NCBI GenBank assembly: GCA_023267855.1
Contig: JALNLN010000006.1
Coordinates: forward strand, 111-64,110
Direction: 5' to 3'
Length of the DNA: 64,000 bases
Origin: Candidatus Geocrenenecus dongiae
GTDB taxonomy: Archaea > Thermoproteota > Nitrososphaeria_A > Caldarchaeales > Wolframiiraptoraceae
How positions within the stretch are numbered: position 1 is the stretch's first letter; each line of letters begins with the position of its first letter. The translations under genes were made by a program, and so were the position numbers. The notes beneath the pieces were generated by a model. It had not been told where the DNA came from. It did no database searches and worked only from the letters and a program-made list of their open reading frames with translations. This document shows, piece after piece, positions 30,850 through 40,464 of this stretch.

Positions 30850-31527
30850 TTGAATATAGTTATCAAGATAGGTGGACACTTAATCTTCAAAGAACAGATA
30901 GATACAAATCTTCTAAAACAATACGTTAACTTATTCAGAGAAGTATATGATGGTGGTAAATGGGTTATAGTGGTTGGTGGAGGCAGCTTAGCGAGAACAT
31001 ACGTTGAAGCAGCACGTAAGCTAGGATTAAGTGAAGGCCTATGTGATGACATAGGTATAAAGATAACTAGGATAAACGCATCCATAATTTCCCATGCTCT
31101 AGGAGATCTCGCATACCCACTAGTACCCACAAGTATAGATGAATTGAAAGCATTCTCAAGAGAAGGGAGAATAATCGTAATGGGTGGACTACAACCAGGG
31201 CAATCAACAATAGCTGTTTCAGCCATTGCTGCAGAAACAGTAAACGCAGAGAAACTAATAATAGCAACAGACGTAGACGGCATCTATACAGAAGATCCTA
31301 AAAAGAATCCAGACGCAAAACTCTTAAAAGAAGTAACCGTAACAGAATTGATGAAAAGATTAATAGAATATTCTCACGAAGCAGGAGAATACAAACTAGT
31401 AGACATGGTAGCGCTCAAAATAATAGCTAGAAGCAAAATCCCAACAATATATCTTAACGGGAAAAATCCAGAAAATATTAAGAAAGCTTTAAAAGGAGAA
31501 CCAATAGGAACACTACTAAAAATCTAA
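30850..31527 (+). CDS. pyrH: UMP kinase
   Basis: 225 aa. Amino-acid kinase fold (IKIGGH, VVVGGGSLAR). TTG start with GGAGGAG SD. Confidence 0.8.
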   Translation: MNIVIKIGGHLIFKEQIDTNLLKQYVNLFREVYDGGKWVIVVGGGSLARTYVEAARKLGLSEGLCDDIGIKITRINASIISHALGDLAYPLVPTSIDELKAFSREGRIIVMGGLQPGQSTIAVSAIAAETVNAEKLIIATDVDGIYTEDPKKNPDAKLLKEVTVTELMKRLIEYSHEAGEYKLVDMVALKIIARSKIPTIYLNGKNPENIKKALKGEPIGTLLKI

Positions 31528-31571
31528 AAACATCCAACAACATATTATTATAGAAGGAAGATACAAGAAGA

Positions 31572-31686
31572 GCGGGGGTAGCCAAGCCAGGTCAACGGCG
31601 GCCGGCTCAAGATCTAATTAAAACTATTATAGAAGTGAGGAACCGGCTCCCGTAGGGGTTCGTGGGTTCAAATCCCACCCCCCGCA
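31572..31686 (+). tRNA. tRNA-Leu(CAA) with a 30-nt intron (31612-31641) at the canonical 37/38 position
   Basis: Acceptor stem GCGGGGG/CCCCCGC. Anticodon stem GCCGG/CCGGC with loop CUCAAG^A. Long variable arm. T-arm GTGGG-TTCAAAT-CCCAC. Discriminator A. CCA is not encoded. Confidence 0.8.
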
Positions 31687-32035
31687 AACCTGAAACACCT
31701 GTTATATCCCAGGTTTAGGGAAAAACAATTAAAATTGGCTAAATTTTTCTAAACATTTTTGAGTCTTAAGTTATCAAATTAATAAGATTAATATGTTATT
31801 GTTTGTTTATATGTAAGAAGTTTATGTGTTTTATAGGGTTCAGGATAGAGAGGGTAAAATATGATGTTATAGATGAAGTAAATCTGCTGAGATATTTTGT
31901 GAGATGCGGTTATGGAATTATGATCTGTTAAGGTTAAACGTAAAAGAGAGAGAATTATACATACTCCGTATACTTGTTTATTGTTTTCTGAATTTTATTT
32001 TCCGTTGGTGTGTGGTTATGTTTTCTGGAGGAGTG

Positions 32036-32407
32036 TTATCCTTGTTCTTTTTCTTCTACTATTCCTCTTTTTAATTCGACTATGTTTATTTTGCTTGGTT
32101 GGTAGTATCTCGTGATGACTTCGTATGCTTTCCACGGGTCTACTTTTTCTCCACATGTAAATATGTCTAGAGCTATGTAATTGTATTCTGGCCATGTGTG
32201 GATAGATATATGGGATTCTGCTATTAGAATTATGTAACTAAAACCTCCATTATCGAAGATTGTATTGAATTCACCCATGTAGGTTGCTCCACAGCTTTCT
32301 ACAGATTCTCTTAGAACTTTTTTAGCTAGGTCGAGGTCTGTGAGTAGCTTGTGAGGACAGCCATACATTTCTACTATTAAATGCCGCCCCAAAGATTTCA
32401 TCTTCAC
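32036..32407 (-). CDS. speH: Pyruvoyl-dependent S-adenosylmethionine decarboxylase family proenzyme (SAMDC or the crenarchaeal arginine decarboxylase paralog)
   Basis: 123 aa. ESHISIHTWPE self-cleavage/pyruvoyl region. Confidence 0.75.
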   Translation of the reverse strand: MKMKSLGRHLIVEMYGCPHKLLTDLDLAKKVLRESVESCGATYMGEFNTIFDNGGFSYIILIAESHISIHTWPEYNYIALDIFTCGEKVDPWKAYEVITRYYQPSKINIVELKRGIVEEKEQG

Positions 32408-32494
32408 TCAGACTCCCACCCCTCTCAGAAGAGCCTAAGAATAATACTTCATCCTTACTTAAAATGATTACTCCGAGTCTAGTCAAATATGTGT

Positions 32495-33616
32495 TCATAG
32501 TGTTGTATCTGCTTGTTCTACCAAACCTGTTTCTCTTAGCAGTTCGAGGGCTTCTTTATGAGTTGGTCTACGTTTATGTAGTATTGTGATTCTCTCAGGT
32601 CTAATCTCCACAGCATTTACTAATGCTTCTATAGCTATTCTAGTCGGTATTCCTAGTTTCTCCAAGTTTAAAGGCATCTCCACACATAGCATATACATTT
32701 TAAGATTCTTCCAATCGTATTCTTCTTCTCTCCACCAATTTGGATTATGGAGTTTATGGTATAGTGCTGTTAGAAGTGTCCCTTGAGCACATTGGATGCC
32801 GTGTGGAGCTCTTCTCGGAGAATGTCTATCTAGGTAGTGGCTGTAGAGGTGCTCGCTACCTGACGCCGGTCTAGAAGATCCAGCTACCATCATAGAAATT
32901 CCTGAAAAAGTTAAGGCTTCAGCCAGCTTTACCAAGTCTAGTACATTCATCTTCAACATATCAATAACAGTTTTTAAAGCATTCATTACATATTTCTCAG
33001 AAGTGTAACAGTATGGTTCACCTACTTCATCTCTCCCCAACTGCCAATCTTTTAAAGAGACTGTTTTAGCTAGAATGTCTCCAACACCCGATAGTATGAG
33101 TATTCTTGGAGATGTTGAGATAACCTCTAAGTCTATTAGTGATAGTACTGGCGCACGTGTTAGTATAGATTTTCTATAAGCACTTTCATGGAATAGGGAT
33201 ACTATAGGAGAGACTATCCCATCGTGAGATAGTGTCGTTGGTATAGATATGAAAGGCATATTATTGACATAAGCTATATACTTTGCTACATCTATAACAG
33301 TCCCGCCTCCAACTGCCACAACAAAGCTAGCCCCCTTCAACATTCTGGATTTGTTTTCAGCTTCTCTATAAGTTGGTTCAGAGACAGTGAACCCTCTTCC
33401 TTTTATTAATTTTAAAACCCTTTCTCCAGCTACTCTAAAAGTTGTTTCATCATAGAATATAGCTCCACATCCCTTGATACCAGCATCTTCCAGCAGACTC
33501 GGTAAATACTCGAGAACATTGTTACCTATAACTACTTTGTCTAATGTATTCTCATGGCTTAACCCGCATCCACATTCTTCTCTCGAAGGAATCTTATCTC
33601 GAAAATTTAACACCAT
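32495..33616 (-). CDS. egsA: Glycerol-1-phosphate dehydrogenase-like enzyme (DHQS/glycerol dehydrogenase superfamily)
   Basis: 374 aa. GGGTVIDVAKY nucleotide motif and IPTTLSHDGIVSP, which resembles the G1PDH signature. Possible ATG start at 33616. Confidence 0.5.
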   Translation of the reverse strand: MVLNFRDKIPSREECGCGLSHENTLDKVVIGNNVLEYLPSLLEDAGIKGCGAIFYDETTFRVAGERVLKLIKGRGFTVSEPTYREAENKSRMLKGASFVVAVGGGTVIDVAKYIAYVNNMPFISIPTTLSHDGIVSPIVSLFHESAYRKSILTRAPVLSLIDLEVISTSPRILILSGVGDILAKTVSLKDWQLGRDEVGEPYCYTSEKYVMNALKTVIDMLKMNVLDLVKLAEALTFSGISMMVAGSSRPASGSEHLYSHYLDRHSPRRAPHGIQCAQGTLLTALYHKLHNPNWWREEEYDWKNLKMYMLCVEMPLNLEKLGIPTRIAIEALVNAVEIRPERITILHKRRPTHKEALELLRETGLVEQADTTL

Positions 33617-33684
33617 CAATTCTTAACACATCAATAACAGTCTAAGATTTTAATATTGAAGAATATGGTTAGAGGTTGCTAAGA

Positions 33685-34323
33685 TTATTTTCTTCCTTTT
33701 ACCATATAGATCGTAGCATCAGCTATATAACATGCATGATCTGCTATTCTCTCCAAGTATCTTAGTATCAACGCTATTGATAGTAGGCATCCAGCATCTA
33801 TTTCACCACCCTTCTGGATTAGTTGTTTAATATATTCTGCATAGAGAGCATCTACTTCATCATCTCTCTTTTTTACTTCTTCTGCTTTCTCTAAATCTTT
33901 CCCTAGATACGCTTCTCCAGCTTCATTAACCATTTCTAAAACTATCTTAAACATTTCTTCAAGAGCTTTAACGTTGCATCCTGTTTTAGGCATCATTGGA
34001 TAGGTTTCAGAAATGTTTACAGCGTATCTTCCTATTCTGGAGAAATCGTATGATACCTGGATTGCGGATTTTATTTCTCTTAAGTCTGTAGCAACTGGCT
34101 GGAATCTTGCTATTAGCTGGACTGCTAGCTCACTTACTTCCTCCATCATGAAGAGTAGTTCATCAGACATTCTCCTAACACCATCCATGTCTATCTTACC
34201 AGATTCTATAAACTCCATGCTAGCCTTCATAACTTTCCCAACAACCATACTCATATCGTTTATCATGTTTCTAAGCCTAACCAAACCGAGATCTATCGGT
34301 CTCCTAGAATATTCTCCCTGCAT
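33685..34323 (-). CDS. phoU: Phosphate transport system regulator PhoU
   Basis: 212 aa. Two PhoU repeats (ERIADHAC). Last gene of the pst operon. Confidence 0.85.
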   Translation of the reverse strand: MQGEYSRRPIDLGLVRLRNMINDMSMVVGKVMKASMEFIESGKIDMDGVRRMSDELLFMMEEVSELAVQLIARFQPVATDLREIKSAIQVSYDFSRIGRYAVNISETYPMMPKTGCNVKALEEMFKIVLEMVNEAGEAYLGKDLEKAEEVKKRDDEVDALYAEYIKQLIQKGGEIDAGCLLSIALILRYLERIADHACYIADATIYMVKGRK

Positions 34324-34327
34324 AAGA

Positions 34328-35086
34328 TCACCCTATCTTTCCAACAACGTATCTCTCCGTCAATTTGTGTACAGGTCTTGTAAAGACTTGAGATGTTTCT
34401 CCAACTTCTATAAGCTCACCCATGTAGAGGAATGCTACATAATCGCTTACTCTAGCAGCTTGCTGAGGGTTATGCGTTACGATAACTATAGTGTAATCTT
34501 CTTTCAATTCTAGCATGAGTTCTTCTATTTTTGATGCTGCGACTGGATCGAGGTTTGCTGTAGGTTCATCCATTAAGATTATCTTGGGTTTTAGTGCTAG
34601 TGCACGGGCAATACATAGTCTCTGCTGTTGTCCACCGCTAAGCATAGATGCAGGCTTCTTTAAATCATTCTTCACTTCATCCCACAGATATGCTTTCTCT
34701 AGAGCCCACTTAACTAATTGATCTAGCTCAGATTTATTTTTAACTAGACCATTCATTCTAGGTCCTATGGCAACGTTATCATAGATTGAGAGGTGTGGGA
34801 AAGGGTTCGGTATCTGGAAGACCATTCCGAATTGTCTACGAACCCAAGTTATATCAATTTTATCACTATATACATCTATACCATCTATTTTTACTTGTCC
34901 ACTCACTTTAGCATTTGGATTTAGTTCGAGTAGCCTATTCATAGCTCTCAGTAACGTACTCTTACCGCATCCAGAAGGACCCATTATCGCAAATATTATG
35001 TTTCTAGGAATTTCTAGATTGATATTTTTGAGTACATGTTTATCGCCATACCAAGCATTTAGATTAGAAATTTCTACTAGGCTCAT
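34328..35086 (-). CDS. pstB: Phosphate ABC transporter ATP-binding protein
   Basis: Walker [10 protein letters not shown], signature LSGGQQQR, Walker B ILMDEP. Confidence 0.9.
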   Translation of the reverse strand: MSLVEISNLNAWYGDKHVLKNINLEIPRNIIFAIMGPSGCGKSTLLRAMNRLLELNPNAKVSGQVKIDGIDVYSDKIDITWVRRQFGMVFQIPNPFPHLSIYDNVAIGPRMNGLVKNKSELDQLVKWALEKAYLWDEVKNDLKKPASMLSGGQQQRLCIARALALKPKIILMDEPTANLDPVAASKIEELMLELKEDYTIVIVTHNPQQAARVSDYVAFLYMGELIEVGETSQVFTRPVHKLTERYVVGKIG

Positions 35087-35916
35087 ATTTTAACCTCCTT
35101 TACTACGAGTCTCGAGATTATGAATATCGTTAAGATTATCGTGAGTAAGACAGCCGATGCCCCCCATGCTACCTGATGCCACCTCTCATAAGGAGATAAT
35201 GCAAAGTTGTATATTAGCAATGGTATAGCGTTTATAGGTTGATCTAAACCTTCAAAATATGTGAAAGTTGTTCCTAAGATTGTTAGTAGTAGGGGGGCTG
35301 TCTCACCTCCCGCTTTAGCCATTCCTATAAGTAGAGCAGTTAAAACACCACGTTTAGCAGTACTCAACAATACTCTTAAGTATACTTTAGGATATGAAAG
35401 CCCGAGACTGAATGCTGCCTCTTTCAATGTATATGGTATGGATTTGTAGGCTTCTCTTACATTCAACGCAATGTATGGAATTATGACTATTGAGAGAGCA
35501 AATGCTCCAGCAAAAGCATTAAATCTCTTAAGAGGGGCTACAAGTACTGAATATGCGAACAACCCAATAATTATAGTTGGAAACTCTACCATTATCTGGA
35601 GGAACATTTGAGTGTATTGAGCTAACTTCGTATGTGAGTATTCTGAGAGATACAAGCCTGTAAAGAACCCTATTGCCCCTCCGATCACTGTCGCTAAACC
35701 TATCAAGATGAGCGAACCTACTAGTGCTGGGCCTATCCCACCAGCTCCACCACTTATTGGAGGTGGTGGAAAATCTATCAAGAATGATAAGCTAACATAC
35801 TTTAACCCTTCTGAGTAAATATTGATTATTATTGCGAATATAGGTATGGCGGAGATTATCGCTAACAGAGAGATTACTCCAAGCATTATCTTCTCTTCTA
35901 ATCTCCTTCTGTTCAA
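35083..35916 (-). CDS. pstA: Phosphate ABC transporter permease PstA
   Basis: 277 aa. Six TM helices and an EAA-like loop. Operon context. The start may be the internal ATG. Confidence 0.8.
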   Translation of the reverse strand: MNRRRLEEKIMLGVISLLAIISAIPIFAIIINIYSEGLKYVSLSFLIDFPPPPISGGAGGIGPALVGSLILIGLATVIGGAIGFFTGLYLSEYSHTKLAQYTQMFLQIMVEFPTIIIGLFAYSVLVAPLKRFNAFAGAFALSIVIIPYIALNVREAYKSIPYTLKEAAFSLGLSYPKVYLRVLLSTAKRGVLTALLIGMAKAGGETAPLLLTILGTTFTYFEGLDQPINAIPLLIYNFALSPYERWHQVAWGASAVLLTIILTIFIISRLVVKEVKI

Positions 35917-36812
35917 CTCTTCACCATCACCCTCCTAACGAGATGCAATCCTATTAGATTGATGATTAACCCTACAGTGAAGAGTATTAGTGCTCCACCA
36001 TATAATGCGGGAACCATGTACTTGTAGGCTTCAGCGTTTGGGAACTGGTTTGCTATCAAGCTTGATATGGTGTAACCCATATCAAATATACTTTTAGGAA
36101 TATTCATGATGTTGCCGACAACCATTGCAACCGCCATAGTCTCCCCCATAGCCCTACCTAAAGCTAAGAACACACCCGCAAAGATAGCTGATCTAATATA
36201 TCCAAGCATAGTCTTCACAACCTCCCACCTAGTCATACCGAGACTGTAAGCTGCTTCTTTCAAATTATATGGAATAGCAGTATATGCTTCACGAATTATG
36301 CTTGAAGCAAACGGTATTATCATTATTGAGAGCAGAACACCGGCTGTAAAGAGGTTTGTTGGGGTAGGCTTTACTGAGAATAGAGGAATGAAACCTAGAT
36401 AATTATGGAGTGGAAGCATTACGTATTTGTGGAGGATTGGTGCGAGTACGTAGAGCCCCCACAATCCATATATTACTGATGGAAGACTGGCCATGAGGTC
36501 AGATACATTATTCACGAAACTTCTCAATCTAGATGGAATAATTTCAGAAGCAAATATAGCTAGAGATATAGCTAGAGGAGTTGCAATACTTATCGCTATA
36601 GCAGAGGTTATTAGAGTTCCTAGTAGAGGTGGCAGAATACCATAATCTTCCTCTATAGGATTCCAGACACTTCTAGATATAAAGCCGAAACCATGTCTCA
36701 AGAATATTGGATAAGAAGAATTGATCAATGAAATTACGATTCCTACAACTATCGTTAAGGTTGTAACTATAAATAAAATTAGAGAGATTTGAAATATTTT
36801 TCCACTCTTCAT
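35913..36812 (-). CDS. pstC: Phosphate ABC transporter permease PstC
   Basis: 299 aa polytopic permease. Operon context. Confidence 0.8.
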   Translation of the reverse strand: MKSGKIFQISLILFIVTTLTIVVGIVISLINSSYPIFLRHGFGFISRSVWNPIEEDYGILPPLLGTLITSAIAISIATPLAISLAIFASEIIPSRLRSFVNNVSDLMASLPSVIYGLWGLYVLAPILHKYVMLPLHNYLGFIPLFSVKPTPTNLFTAGVLLSIMIIPFASSIIREAYTAIPYNLKEAAYSLGMTRWEVVKTMLGYIRSAIFAGVFLALGRAMGETMAVAMVVGNIMNIPKSIFDMGYTISSLIANQFPNAEAYKYMVPALYGGALILFTVGLIINLIGLHLVRRVMVKS

Positions 36813-36819
36813 CTTCCAT

Positions 36820-37968
36820 CTATCTTAGTAATTTTAGACCTTCTAAACCTATCTGTGCCACCTCAGGTGGGAGAGGATAGTAGCCTGGAACGATATTCTC
36901 TTTTTTCTGTCCCTCCGTTAATACCCAGGTGAAGAATTCTCTGAGCAGAGCGACTTTGATCTCATCATCATAATCCTGTCTTAAGATTATGAAGGAGAAA
37001 GACACTATCGGATAGCTTTTTAGACCTGGCGGATCTACTGTCTCGTCTGGAAATATCTTTGACCAGTCTTCATGAGCTTTCGGAAGAATCTTAGTTAATT
37101 CTATTAAACTAGACTTTACTGTTTCTTCTGTAGGTATAACGTATTGGCCATTTCTATTTCTTATCAAAGCTATTTTTAGACCACTTCCATAAGCGTAAGC
37201 CGTCTCAACGTATCCAATAGAGTAGAGGTTCTGTTGAACTGCTGCAGCAACACCCTCATTCCCTTTTGCACCTACACCATTTCCAAGTTGATCTACTGGC
37301 CACTGCACTGTGAAATCTGAACCTACCTTCTCTTTCCAAGGTTTATAGATCTTTGAAAGATATGCTGTAAAGACTCTCGTTGTACCACTTCCATCCGATC
37401 GGTGTACTGCAATTATCTTCTCATGAGGTAGGTTTAGATCCGGGTTCAGTTCTTTTATCAATGGATCATCCCAATAAACTATCTCTCCGAGATAGATCTT
37501 TGCTATAACTTCTCCAGTCAATCTCAACTTTTGTGTTTCTATGTTAGGAATGTTATAGACTACTACTATTGTTCCAATGATTACTGGAAACTGTATTATT
37601 CCACTTTTTCCTTGAAATTCATCGTAAATCTCTTTCTTTAGAGGTGGATCACTTCCGGCAAAATCAATCAACCCTTCTTTAAAGTTTGCTTGACCTGCAC
37701 CACTACCAATCGATTGATAATTTACCTTTACTCTGCCTTTTGTTAATTCGTAGAATTTTGATGCCCATGCTTGCATTTGAGGGTTTAGGAAAGATGCTCC
37801 AGCCCCATTAATCGTACCCGCTACTTGCTTTTGCGTGACAGTTTGTATAACTGTCTGTGTAGTAACTGTATCAGTTGTTATCCCACCGCCTAGTAGTAGA
37901 CTCAAAGAAACAACAGCTACAGCTAAGATCAACCCTACTACCAGCACTAGTTTTTTACCCATCATCAT
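36820..37968 (-). CDS. pstS: Phosphate-binding protein PstS with Thr-rich linker
   Basis: 382 aa. N-terminal anchor, TTDTVTTQTVIQTVTQ linker, PBP fold (SIGSGAG phosphate-binding motif). Confidence 0.85.
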   Translation of the reverse strand: MMMGKKLVLVVGLILAVAVVSLSLLLGGGITTDTVTTQTVIQTVTQKQVAGTINGAGASFLNPQMQAWASKFYELTKGRVKVNYQSIGSGAGQANFKEGLIDFAGSDPPLKKEIYDEFQGKSGIIQFPVIIGTIVVVYNIPNIETQKLRLTGEVIAKIYLGEIVYWDDPLIKELNPDLNLPHEKIIAVHRSDGSGTTRVFTAYLSKIYKPWKEKVGSDFTVQWPVDQLGNGVGAKGNEGVAAAVQQNLYSIGYVETAYAYGSGLKIALIRNRNGQYVIPTEETVKSSLIELTKILPKAHEDWSKIFPDETVDPPGLKSYPIVSFSFIILRQDYDDEIKVALLREFFTWVLTEGQKKENIVPGYYPLPPEVAQIGLEGLKLLR

Positions 37969-38069
37969 TTCCCTTCACCTACTCTAAATTAAATATCAAA
38001 TATATAGATTGTGTAAATAGAATATTTTTTAACAATTTTCTATATAGAAAATAATAGATCTACCTGAAT

Positions 38070-38123
38070 CTAAATATCCTATAGGGAAAATAATAAATCT
38101 TTAAATAACCTAAATATATCTAG
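38070..38123. promoter_or_regulatory. Two direct repeats of CTAAATAT(N)CTAG spaced 40 bp in the divergent pstS / phoU-like promoter region
   Basis: CTAAATATCCTATAG at 38070-38084 and CTAAATATATCTAG at 38110-38123. Candidate operator sites. Confidence 0.3.
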
Positions 38124-38142
38124 ATACTCTCAAGGAGAGATT

Positions 38143-39144
38143 ATGGAGTATAGTAGGAAGCTTCAACTTACAGGTAAATCTACTCTTACGATTTCTCTAC
38201 CTAAAGACTGGATAGATAGTTTAGGGTTGAAACCTGGAGACATAGTTAAGCTTACTGTTAGAGGTAGTACTCTTGTATTAACTCCTGAAGCTAGGGAGAG
38301 TGGTAGGAAAGAGTATGTTTTAAATGTTGATGTAAGTGTTAATGCTGAAAGTCTTCTAAGAGAAGTTATTTCACTTTACTTAGCTGGTTACGATGCAATT
38401 AAGATAAATTTTTCTTCACCTTTAACTCATCTTAAATTCTATTTAAAAGATAATGTTAGGAAGAAGCTTTTAGGTTTGGAAGTACTAGATGAGACAGCTA
38501 TGTCTATCTCTTTACAGTGTTTTGCACAGTATGTTGATCTACCATTAATGGAAGCTTTAAAGAAACAAGCAGACCTAGCATTATCTATGGAGAGAGATGC
38601 AATTACGGCTTTACTTTTAGATGATAAACAACTCGCAGAAGAAGTTATTCAGAGAGACGATGAAGTAGATAAACTCTTCTACTTTATCACTAGACAGCTG
38701 AATCTAGCTATAGAGAGACCCAGAATGTTAAGAGATCTAGAGATAGGAAGCGAGATGGCTTGTCTCAGCTACGCTGCTATAACGAAATCTATAGAGAGAA
38801 TAGCGGATCATGCTTGGAGTATAGCTTCATCCTCAATAATGATTGAAGACAAGCTAGATGATGAAGTCAAGATAGAGATTGAGAAGCTTGAAGAGAATGT
38901 GAGAACAATCTTCAAAGAATCTATAAGAATACTCTTAGTGAAAGATAAGAATCTTGCAAACAAAATTATTGAAGAAGCTCGAAAAGTGAGAGATCTATAC
39001 AACGAGGTTTTTAAGAAAATTATCAGTTGGAAGCTAAGTCCAAAGAATGCTTCATTAATAAAAACTATCTTAGAAGATCTTGTAAGAATAGCTGACTATA
39101 GCACAGACATATCTGAACAAGTAATATTCCTCACATTAACTTAG
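38143..39144 (+). CDS. Phosphate-uptake regulator: N-terminal SpoVT/AbrB DNA-binding domain fused to two PhoU domains
   Basis: 333 aa. N-terminal swapped-hairpin AbrB-like segment (LQLTGKSTLTISLPKDWIDSLGLKPGDIVKL). Two PhoU repeats (ERIADHAWS, RIADYSTD). Divergent from the pst operon. Confidence 0.7.
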   Translation: MEYSRKLQLTGKSTLTISLPKDWIDSLGLKPGDIVKLTVRGSTLVLTPEARESGRKEYVLNVDVSVNAESLLREVISLYLAGYDAIKINFSSPLTHLKFYLKDNVRKKLLGLEVLDETAMSISLQCFAQYVDLPLMEALKKQADLALSMERDAITALLLDDKQLAEEVIQRDDEVDKLFYFITRQLNLAIERPRMLRDLEIGSEMACLSYAAITKSIERIADHAWSIASSSIMIEDKLDDEVKIEIEKLEENVRTIFKESIRILLVKDKNLANKIIEEARKVRDLYNEVFKKIISWKLSPKNASLIKTILEDLVRIADYSTDISEQVIFLTLT

Positions 39145-39214
39145 TATTAAGCAATGAGACCCTAATAATAGGAAGATTTTTATAAAACAGATTATACTTA
39201 AGTAACGTAGAGGT

Positions 39215-40009
39215 ATGCCTAAACGTATTATCATTAGAGGTGGAGAAATAACAGAAGAGAAGGAAGAGCCAATTATCGAGCAAGTTAAACATGAAGAGAA
39301 ACTCCCTCTAGAAGGTGTTGCAGAAGAGATAGAAGTATCGGGAGAACATTTAGAGCTTGAGAATAGAGAGTTAGAGGAAGCTGAGATAGATGCAGAGATG
39401 ACTTTTGATGCAATAAAAAAGAAGATTGAAGAGATTAGGCTTAGAGAGAAAGTTACACAACAAAAATTTAGAGATCAACCAGACATGGGTATAGCGATAC
39501 TGAAGAAGATACTCCAGAAATGGGATGAGATGAGAGAAGAAGTTAGAAGGAACATAAGTGAAGCAGTAGAAAAATATAGAAGACTAAGAACACTCCTTGA
39601 ACAGAGATTCTCTAAACTTGAAGAAGAATTATACTTTAATCAGATAGAGCTTGATACGTTGAGGCAGCTTGAAGAACAGGGTGAACCTGTTTCACTCTCA
39701 AAGAAAGAAGAACTAGAAAAACTAATCCCAACATTAATGAATAAATTAACTGAGACCGATAAGAAAATTAAAGAAGTAGATTCTAAGATCGAGTACTTAA
39801 AGAAGATCGCAGACAATATCTACGAGTCTACAGCTTACAAAGATGTAGCATTAAAACTTTTTGAAGAAATGGCATCCCTACTACAAGAGAGACGAGGAGA
39901 AGATGCCGTACCTGTCCTCAGAACTCAGATAGATACTATCGCTCAACGTGAAGGCATACCTAGAGAGTATGCAACAATATATGTTTGGAGGAAATTAAAG
40001 AAGTACTAG
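39215..40009 (+). CDS. Acidic coiled-coil protein of unknown function
   Basis: 264 aa, about 25% Glu and strongly helical with heptad character. Lies 70 nt after the PhoU-like regulator on the same strand. Confidence 0.4.
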   Translation: MPKRIIIRGGEITEEKEEPIIEQVKHEEKLPLEGVAEEIEVSGEHLELENRELEEAEIDAEMTFDAIKKKIEEIRLREKVTQQKFRDQPDMGIAILKKILQKWDEMREEVRRNISEAVEKYRRLRTLLEQRFSKLEEELYFNQIELDTLRQLEEQGEPVSLSKKEELEKLIPTLMNKLTETDKKIKEVDSKIEYLKKIADNIYESTAYKDVALKLFEEMASLLQERRGEDAVPVLRTQIDTIAQREGIPREYATIYVWRKLKKY

Positions 40010-40058
40010 CAAAAGAAAATTTAGTTGGATTTTGAATTCTCATTTTCGGAGTAAAAAC

Positions 40059-40463
40059 TTACTGAATTGCAGGTCTAAACTTGTATCCATAAGCTATTAT
40101 CTTATCTACGCCATCTTCTCTTATTCTCTTAAATGTTGCTTCCATCTTCATTCCTATTTTAAGTTCTTCTGGATCTACGTCTGCTAACTGGCTGACGATT
40201 CTAGTTCCATCTTCTAATTCTATTAACCCGATTATGTATGGTGCATATTCCTCGAATCCTGCTGGAGGAGATCTAACAATAGTGTATGCAAGTAGCTTGC
40301 CAGTATATGGAAGTGTTACTTCACTGAATTCTCTATACCTACATCTGCGGCAGACTAGTGGTTTGAAGAAGTGTACTTCCCCACAATGGATACATTTCCA
40401 AGCTGACAACCTATACCTAAATTCTCTATATCTCCAGAATCTAGGCACCTTTATCCTAAACAT
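40059..40463 (-). CDS. DUF35 OB-fold / zinc-ribbon protein (scaffold subunit of the archaeal thiolase-HMGCS complex)
   Basis: 134 aa. CxxC...CxxC ribbon (CIHCGEVHF...CRRCRY) followed by an OB fold. Last gene of the three-gene operon. Confidence 0.75.
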   Translation of the reverse strand: MFRIKVPRFWRYREFRYRLSAWKCIHCGEVHFFKPLVCRRCRYREFSEVTLPYTGKLLAYTIVRSPPAGFEEYAPYIIGLIELEDGTRIVSQLADVDPEELKIGMKMEATFKRIREDGVDKIIAYGYKFRPAIQ

Positions 40464-40464
40464 C

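Noticed and set aside
31687-32035. Possible att-site duplication of the tRNA-Leu 3' end marking an integrated element
   Set aside because: I searched the downstream sequence by eye for a repeat of GGGTTCAAATCCCACCCCCCGCA. Only a weak 7-nt partial match (GGGTTCA at about 31838) was found, which is insufficient.
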